Part shown: piece by piece, positions 15,067 through 20,000 of the stretch
Numbering within the stretch: position 1 is the stretch's first letter
Layout: each line of letters begins with the position of its first letter
Sequence record: DRR723986_4199
Length of the DNA stretch: 20,000 bases
Direction: 5' to 3' (one strand)
Program-made: the position numbers and the translations under genes
The notes under the pieces: model-generated
Database searches by the model: none
Told to the model about the DNA's origin: nothing
Seen by the model: the letters and a program-made list of their open reading frames with translations, nothing else

Positions 15067-17706
15067 ATGTCTGAATTTCGAGGTATTCCGCCAGGCCCCA
15101 ATGTGGGTACCCAGCTCAAAGCCCTGCGTCGAAAAAAGAAAGCGGCCGACAGGGCAGCCCATTCGGCGCAAGCCATGGTCGGTCAAGCCGCCGAAGTCGC
15201 TCCTCAGGCGAATAGGCCGCCGTTGTCAGAACTCACCTTGGCCAATCTTCAGGAGTGGTTCGACGCACAAGGCTGGCAGCCTTTCGAGTATCAATTGCAG
15301 GTGTGGAAGGCATTTCAGAAGGGCCACAGCGGCTTACTGCACGCGACCACCGGTGCTGGTAAAACCCTGGCGGTGTGGCTGGGTGCCTTGCTTCGGCTGG
15401 CACAACTTCCCAAGCCAAGGGGTGCGGCAACTCGTGTCATGTGGATAACACCCATGCGCGCTTTGGCTGCTGACAGCACCAAGGCTTTGCAACAATCGCT
15501 GTCTGCCCTGGTGGGTGATTGCGATGTGGCCTTGCAAACCGGCGACACCGATTCAGCCGCGCGAGCAGCCATTTTGCGCAAGCCCCCTTTCGCTTTGGTC
15601 ACCACGCCTGAAAGCCTGACCCTGATGTTCACGCGCGCCAGCAGCCAGCCCAACTTGAGCAAACTGCAAGTGTTGGTGGTCGATGAATGGCATGAACTGA
15701 TCGGCAACAAACGTGGCGTGCAACTGCAGTTGGCCATCGCACGCCTGGCCCGCATTAACCCGGGCCTGCAAGTGTGGGGTTTAAGCGCTACTTTGGGTAA
15801 CTTGCCGGTGGCCATGGATGTGCTGCTACACCCTGTTAAAAACGATGCCAAGTGCACTTTGGTCCAGGGCAAGTTACCCAAACAATTGATGATCGACAGC
15901 TTGATTCCTGACACCTTTGAGCGTTTTCCATGGGGTGGGCATCTGGGCTTGAATCAGCTCGAGTTTGTGGCGCGAGAAATCGACCAGTCTGCATCCACCC
16001 TCGTATTCACCAATACACGTTCTCAAGCGGAAATTTGGTATCAGGCTTTGCTCGAAGCCCGGCCCGACTACGCCGGTTTACTGGCCTTGCACCACGGCTC
16101 ACTCGATAAAACTGTGCGAGATTGGGTCGAGCAAGGATTAAAGAACGGCAGCCTGAAGGCGGTGGTATGTACCTCATCGCTTGATCTGGGCGTCGATTTT
16201 TTACCCGTAGAACGCGTGATTCAAATTGGTTCGCCCAAAGGCGTTGCCCGACTGCTTCAACGTGCAGGTCGGTCCGGGCATGCACCTGGCAGGCCTTCCC
16301 GAATTACTGTGGTACCTACCCATGCGCTTGAATTGGTCGAGGCCGCTGCTGCCCGACATGCTGCCCAGCAAAAACAGATTGAATCGCGTTTTAGCCCGCA
16401 GGCCCCACTCGACGTGTTGGTGCAGCACCTGGTGACGGTAGCCATGGGCACTGGATTTAAACCTGATGAATTGTTTGCCGAAGTGTGCACCACAAGTGCA
16501 TATGAAAATTTGAGCCGCTCCCAGTTTGATTGGGCTTTGGCTTTTGTAGAGAAGGGAGGCGAAAGCCTGGCTGCGTATCCGGACTATCAAAGGGTGGCCG
16601 CCGATGAGGAAGGTATTTACCGCGTGCCCCGGCGTGACATTGCGCGCAGGCATGCCATGTCGGTGGGTACCATTGTCTCCGACTCAGCGATGCATGTGGC
16701 GTGGATGACTGGCGGGCGCCTTGGCACCATTGAAGAAGGATTCATCGCACGCTTGAAGACCGGCGATTGTTTCAGTTTTGCAGGTCGCGTGCTCGAACTG
16801 GTGAAGGTGCGTGACATGACTGCCTATGTGCGCAAAGCCGACCGCAAAAAAGCCACGGTGCCGCAGTGGCAGGGCGGTAAAATGCCCTTGAGTAGTGAAC
16901 TTGCGCACGCCTCCCTGCAAATGCTGGAGCTGGCGCACCAGGCTATTTCTTCCGGGAAAAAGACCACTTTGCCCGAGCTGCGCGCACTTGAGAGTTTGTT
17001 GGCCTTGCAAATGCGCTGGAGTGCTTTGCCCAATACGGGTAATTTGCTGATCGAGGAGCTGCACAGCAAAGAAGGTCACCACCTGTTTGTATATCCATTT
17101 GAAGGACGAACTGTTCACATTGGCTTGGCCAGTCTTCTGGCTTGGCGTGCCTCGCGACACAAACCGGGTACGTTCTCAATTGCCATGAACGATTACGGGT
17201 TTGAACTGTTGAGTGCGGAACCCGTGAACTGGCATGAATGGATTGCTGGCAGCCTTGCGCAAGCCCCGTTGTTTTCAACGGAGAATCTTTTCGAGGATGT
17301 GCTGGCTTGTCTCAACGCTTCTGAACTGGCCCAGCGACGTTTCCGGGAAATTGCCAGAATCGCGGGGTTGGTTTTTCAAGGCTTTCCCGGGGCGGGAAAA
17401 AGTGCGAAGCAGTTGCAAGCCTCCAGTGGTCTGTTTTTTGAGGTGTTTAAAAAACACGATCACAATAACTTGTTGCTGGATCAGGCTCAGCGGGAAGCAC
17501 TTGAACAAGAACTTGATTTGAAGCGAATGCAGGCTGCCCTTCGAGCCATTCAGGGGAAAATTCTGGCGTTCAAATCGATTGATCGCCCTACACCTTTTGC
17601 GTTTCCCTTGCTGATTGAGCGTTTGCGTGAAACTGTGAGCACGGAAAAGCTCAGCGATCGTGTGGCAAGAATGGTGGCCGAGCTGGAGAAAGCAGCTCAG
17701 GTTTAA
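15067..17706 (+). CDS. lhr: Ligase-associated DNA damage response DEXH-box helicase (Lhr-core)
   Basis: [47 protein letters not shown] and C-terminal [12 protein letters not shown]. Adjacent to pdeM. Confidence 0.92.
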   Translation: MSEFRGIPPGPNVGTQLKALRRKKKAADRAAHSAQAMVGQAAEVAPQANRPPLSELTLANLQEWFDAQGWQPFEYQLQVWKAFQKGHSGLLHATTGAGKTLAVWLGALLRLAQLPKPRGAATRVMWITPMRALAADSTKALQQSLSALVGDCDVALQTGDTDSAARAAILRKPPFALVTTPESLTLMFTRASSQPNLSKLQVLVVDEWHELIGNKRGVQLQLAIARLARINPGLQVWGLSATLGNLPVAMDVLLHPVKNDAKCTLVQGKLPKQLMIDSLIPDTFERFPWGGHLGLNQLEFVAREIDQSASTLVFTNTRSQAEIWYQALLEARPDYAGLLALHHGSLDKTVRDWVEQGLKNGSLKAVVCTSSLDLGVDFLPVERVIQIGSPKGVARLLQRAGRSGHAPGRPSRITVVPTHALELVEAAAARHAAQQKQIESRFSPQAPLDVLVQHLVTVAMGTGFKPDELFAEVCTTSAYENLSRSQFDWALAFVEKGGESLAAYPDYQRVAADEEGIYRVPRRDIARRHAMSVGTIVSDSAMHVAWMTGGRLGTIEEGFIARLKTGDCFSFAGRVLELVKVRDMTAYVRKADRKKATVPQWQGGKMPLSSELAHASLQMLELAHQAISSGKKTTLPELRALESLLALQMRWSALPNTGNLLIEELHSKEGHHLFVYPFEGRTVHIGLASLLAWRASRHKPGTFSIAMNDYGFELLSAEPVNWHEWIAGSLAQAPLFSTENLFEDVLACLNASELAQRRFREIARIAGLVFQGFPGAGKSAKQLQASSGLFFEVFKKHDHNNLLLDQAQREALEQELDLKRMQAALRAIQGKILAFKSIDRPTPFAFPLLIERLRETVSTEKLSDRVARMVAELEKAAQV

Positions 17707-17741
17707 CAGATTTCAAAATTACAACCCAGGTTATTTTCAAC

Positions 17742-18392
17742 GTGCATTTGTTGTCAGCAAATTCTTCGGTACATTCAATTGAAACGCCATTTGGTGCACT
17801 TCAACTGTCGCGCCACAAAGTGATGTTTTCACCCGCACACAAGGCGCTTTTTGTCGCCGACGTTCATTTGGGAAAAGCCGCTACTTTTCGCAGCCTGGGT
17901 GTGCCTGTGCCTGCGGGGACCACTCAAGAGAATCTGGATAAGCTCTCAGAATGTATCGCAGAATTCAATCCACTTTCGGTGTATTTTCTGGGCGATTTGT
18001 TGCACGCAAAAATGGCGCACAACCCCGACTTGCTCGGCAAACTGATGGCTTGGCGTGTCCAGCACACAAACCTGGCCATGACGTTGATTCGCGGCAATCA
18101 CGACAGCAGGGCGGGTGATCCGCCTGCAAGTTTGAACATCTCTGTGGTTCAGGAGCCTTTCATGCTGGGTGGGTTTGCCTTGTGCCATCACCCACAGACC
18201 GTGCAAAATGCTTTGGTGCTTGCCGGGCATGAACACCCAGTCGTGGTACTGAATGGAAAAGGTAGAAGCCGAGCCCGATTGCCATGCTTCTACCTGAAAA
18301 CCGATCAGCTCATACTGCCTTCATTTGGTGCTTTCACCGGCGGTTATGCGGTCAATCCCCAGGCCGGCGAAGCAGTATTTCCAGTGGTGTGA
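17742..18392 (+). CDS. pdeM: Ligase-associated DNA damage response metallophosphoesterase/endonuclease PdeM
   Basis: ADVHLGK, GVPVPAGTT, LGDLLH, RGNHD, GHEHP and LPSFGAFTGG. GTG start; exact start uncertain. Confidence 0.9.
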   Translation: MHLLSANSSVHSIETPFGALQLSRHKVMFSPAHKALFVADVHLGKAATFRSLGVPVPAGTTQENLDKLSECIAEFNPLSVYFLGDLLHAKMAHNPDLLGKLMAWRVQHTNLAMTLIRGNHDSRAGDPPASLNISVVQEPFMLGGFALCHHPQTVQNALVLAGHEHPVVVLNGKGRSRARLPCFYLKTDQLILPSFGAFTGGYAVNPQAGEAVFPVV

Positions 18393-18393
18393 A

Positions 18394-18419
18394 CAGTGGG
18401 CCCTTCAGCCCACTGATTT
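18394..18419. terminator. Hairpin between convergent pdeM and doxX (possible weak terminator)
   Basis: CAGTGGGC-CCTTCA-GCCCACTG forms an 8-bp stem followed only by ATTT. Confidence 0.45.
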
Positions 18420-18435
18420 GCCACTTGGTGGCTCT

Positions 18436-18888
18436 TTACTTGCCTTTGCTCAGGCCAAGCTTTCCACCACCCAAGGCCACAACCATCAGCAAACCACCTG
18501 CCACGCTCACGTTTTTCATGAACATCAATTGCTGAACATAGGCTTGGTCTGCAGGCATGGCCCAATAGTTGTGAAACAAAACCGAGGCAGCCAGGGTGAA
18601 GCCGGCCAGCAGCAATGCTGCAATTCGTACCTGAAAGCCGACAATCAAGGCGAGGCCCGCGCCGATTTCAACCGCAATGGTCAGCACGGTGAGTACTTCA
18701 GGAAAAGGCAGGCCCACCGAGCCAATGTAGCCGGCTGTACCCTCAAATCCGCCGATTTTGTCGAACCCGGCGAGAACAAACATGGCAGCCAGCAGAACCC
18801 GGCCAATCAGGGCAACTGTAGATGCTGAGCTGTTCAAGGCGCTGTCCAGCGCATTGGAACCAGTGTGTGTAGTGTTTGCTGTAGTCAT
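18436..18888 (-). CDS. DoxX-family membrane protein
   Basis: GRVLLAAMFVLAGFDKI, EIGAGLAL..G...R.AA, FH.YW and FMKNVSVAGGLL. About 4 TM segments; SD GGAG. Confidence 0.9.
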   Translation of the reverse strand: MTTANTTHTGSNALDSALNSSASTVALIGRVLLAAMFVLAGFDKIGGFEGTAGYIGSVGLPFPEVLTVLTIAVEIGAGLALIVGFQVRIAALLLAGFTLAASVLFHNYWAMPADQAYVQQLMFMKNVSVAGGLLMVVALGGGKLGLSKGK

Positions 18889-18985
18889 TTCAATTCTCCG
18901 TATTGGGTTTGCGATTCACTGAATCGATGGATGAATCATGCGCGCTCACTCTAGGGAAATCGAGCAGTGGTTTTCGCATTGTTTG

Positions 18986-19000
18986 TTCAAATAATTTGAA
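18986..19000. promoter_or_regulatory. LysR-type T-N11-A palindrome upstream of doxX
   Basis: TTCAAAT-A-ATTTGAA is a perfect inverted repeat about 100 bp upstream of the doxX start. Confidence 0.5.
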
Positions 19001-19083
19001 TAAATGGATGGTGGCGCCTGAACCCTAGAGGTATTTCTCTAACCTGGCCCATTCCCTTTTTCTAGAAGAAATAGCGTACACTC

Positions 19084-19115
19084 ATAAAAAAACGAACGTT
19101 CGGTCTATTTTTTAT
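19084..19115 (+). promoter_or_regulatory. Probable autoregulatory TetR operator
   Basis: ATAAAAAAACGAACGTTCGGTCTATTTTTTAT has a palindromic core CGAACGTTCG and complementary A/T flanks. It lies between a -10-like TACACT (19077-19082) and ATG 19116. Confidence 0.6.
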
Positions 19116-19730
19116 ATGCGCAAAGGTGAACAAACCCGAGCCGCCATCGTTGAGGCGGCGCTAGAAATCGCGTCCACGCAAGGGCTCGAGGGTTTAACCA
19201 TTGGCTCCATTGCTGAAAAAATGGCCATGAGTAAAAGCGGTGTGTTTGCCCACTTTGGCTCGCGCGAAGAACTTCAAATTGCCGTACTGCAAGAGTACGA
19301 AACCCAATTCATTAATGCAGTGCTGTTTCCCTGCCTGAAAGAGCCCCGAGGATTGCCCCGTTTGCGTGCAATTTTCATGCGCTGGCTTGACCGGATCGGC
19401 AAGGAAATTGACAGCGGTTGCATCTATATTTCAGGCGCGACAGAATACGATGACAGGCCAGGGGCGGTTCGCGATGTTCTGGTGAAAATGCATCGCGACT
19501 GGCAAAAAGAAATGCACCGTGCCACGGCACAGGCCATCGAAGAAAATCATTTACCGGCCAATCAGGCGCATGCGGACCAACTCGTTTTCGAGATGGTTGG
19601 CCTGATTCTGGCAGCCCACCAGCAAGGTCGCCTTATGGGCGATTCTTCATCTGTGAAGCGGGCCAGCCAAGGCTTTGAACGCATGATTCAGCATTACCAG
19701 CAAACCCCGTCAGAAATTCTGAGCCAGTAG
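19116..19730 (+). CDS. TetR/AcrR-family regulator (likely fatty-acid degradation regulator)
   Basis: MRKGEQTRAAIVEAAL...GLEGLTIGSIA...MSKSGVFAHFGSREELQ, GCIYISGATEYDDRPG. Directly upstream of an acyl-CoA dehydrogenase. Confidence 0.9.
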   Translation: MRKGEQTRAAIVEAALEIASTQGLEGLTIGSIAEKMAMSKSGVFAHFGSREELQIAVLQEYETQFINAVLFPCLKEPRGLPRLRAIFMRWLDRIGKEIDSGCIYISGATEYDDRPGAVRDVLVKMHRDWQKEMHRATAQAIEENHLPANQAHADQLVFEMVGLILAAHQQGRLMGDSSSVKRASQGFERMIQHYQQTPSEILSQ

Positions 19731-19747
19731 TACCAGGAGACACTTCA

Positions 19748-20000
19748 ATGAGCCAATACACGCCCCCAATTCGCGACATGCAATTCGTACTGCACGAAAT
19801 GTTGAACGCAGAAGCCACGTTTAAAAGCATTCCCGCCTTTGAGGAAATTGACGCAGACACGGTGAACCAGATCATCGAAGAAGGCGGCAAATTCTGCGCG
19901 GAAGTCTTGCAGCCCTTGAATGCCGTGGGCGATTCAGAGGGTTGTACCTTGAACAAGGCCGACCATTCCCTGAAAACCCCGACCGGCTTCAAAGAAGCGT
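19748..20000 (+). CDS. Acyl-CoA dehydrogenase, N-terminal part (runs off the window; absent from the ORF track)
   Basis: SD AGGAG at 19735-19739, ATG 19748. Translates MSQYTPPIRDMQFVLHEMLN...EIDADTVNQIIEEGGKFCAEVLQPLNAVGDSEGC...KTPTGFKEA, a typical ACAD N-terminus. Confidence 0.88.
   Translation, partial: MSQYTPPIRDMQFVLHEMLNAEATFKSIPAFEEIDADTVNQIIEEGGKFCAEVLQPLNAVGDSEGCTLNKADHSLKTPTGFKEA

Noticed and set aside
15067..18392. Helicase + nuclease as an anti-phage defence system
   Set aside because: The motifs match the known Lhr-core/PdeM DNA repair pair, and there is no defence-island or mobile context.
18986..19000. Third copy of the atuA-type operator
   Set aside because: It shares the TTCAAA/TTTGAA ends, but the spacing is 3 bp shorter and the inner C/G is missing; it fits a LysR T-N11-A box better.
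19633..19992. 119-aa minus-strand ORF
   Set aside because: It is antisense to the acyl-CoA dehydrogenase start, which the ORF track missed because the gene runs off the window.

Overview
This window is ordinary betaproteobacterial (Burkholderiales-like) chromosome; the taxon is inferred from gene content only. No mobile elements, RNA genes or CRISPR arrays were seen. In order it contains: a partial DUF429-like gene; a CpxA/CpxR-like two-component pair divergent from a His-rich Spy/CpxP gene, with tandem CpxR-type boxes between them; a probable outer-membrane beta-barrel; a beta-carbonic anhydrase; a 70-aa protein/GNAT/TetR operon; a secreted low-complexity orphan protein; a stand-alone AtuA-family gene; an Lrp regulator divergent from an ornithine cyclodeaminase-arginase-putA operon (Arg->Orn->Pro->Glu); Lhr-core helicase plus PdeM; DoxX; and a TetR regulator followed by the start of an acyl-CoA dehydrogenase. 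The most notable signal is an 18-bp near-palindrome (17/18 identical) upstream of both the small-protein/GNAT/TetR operon and atuA. It suggests a small regulon whose two arms converge around the repeat-containing secreted orphan. All family calls come from motif recognition, not database searches.
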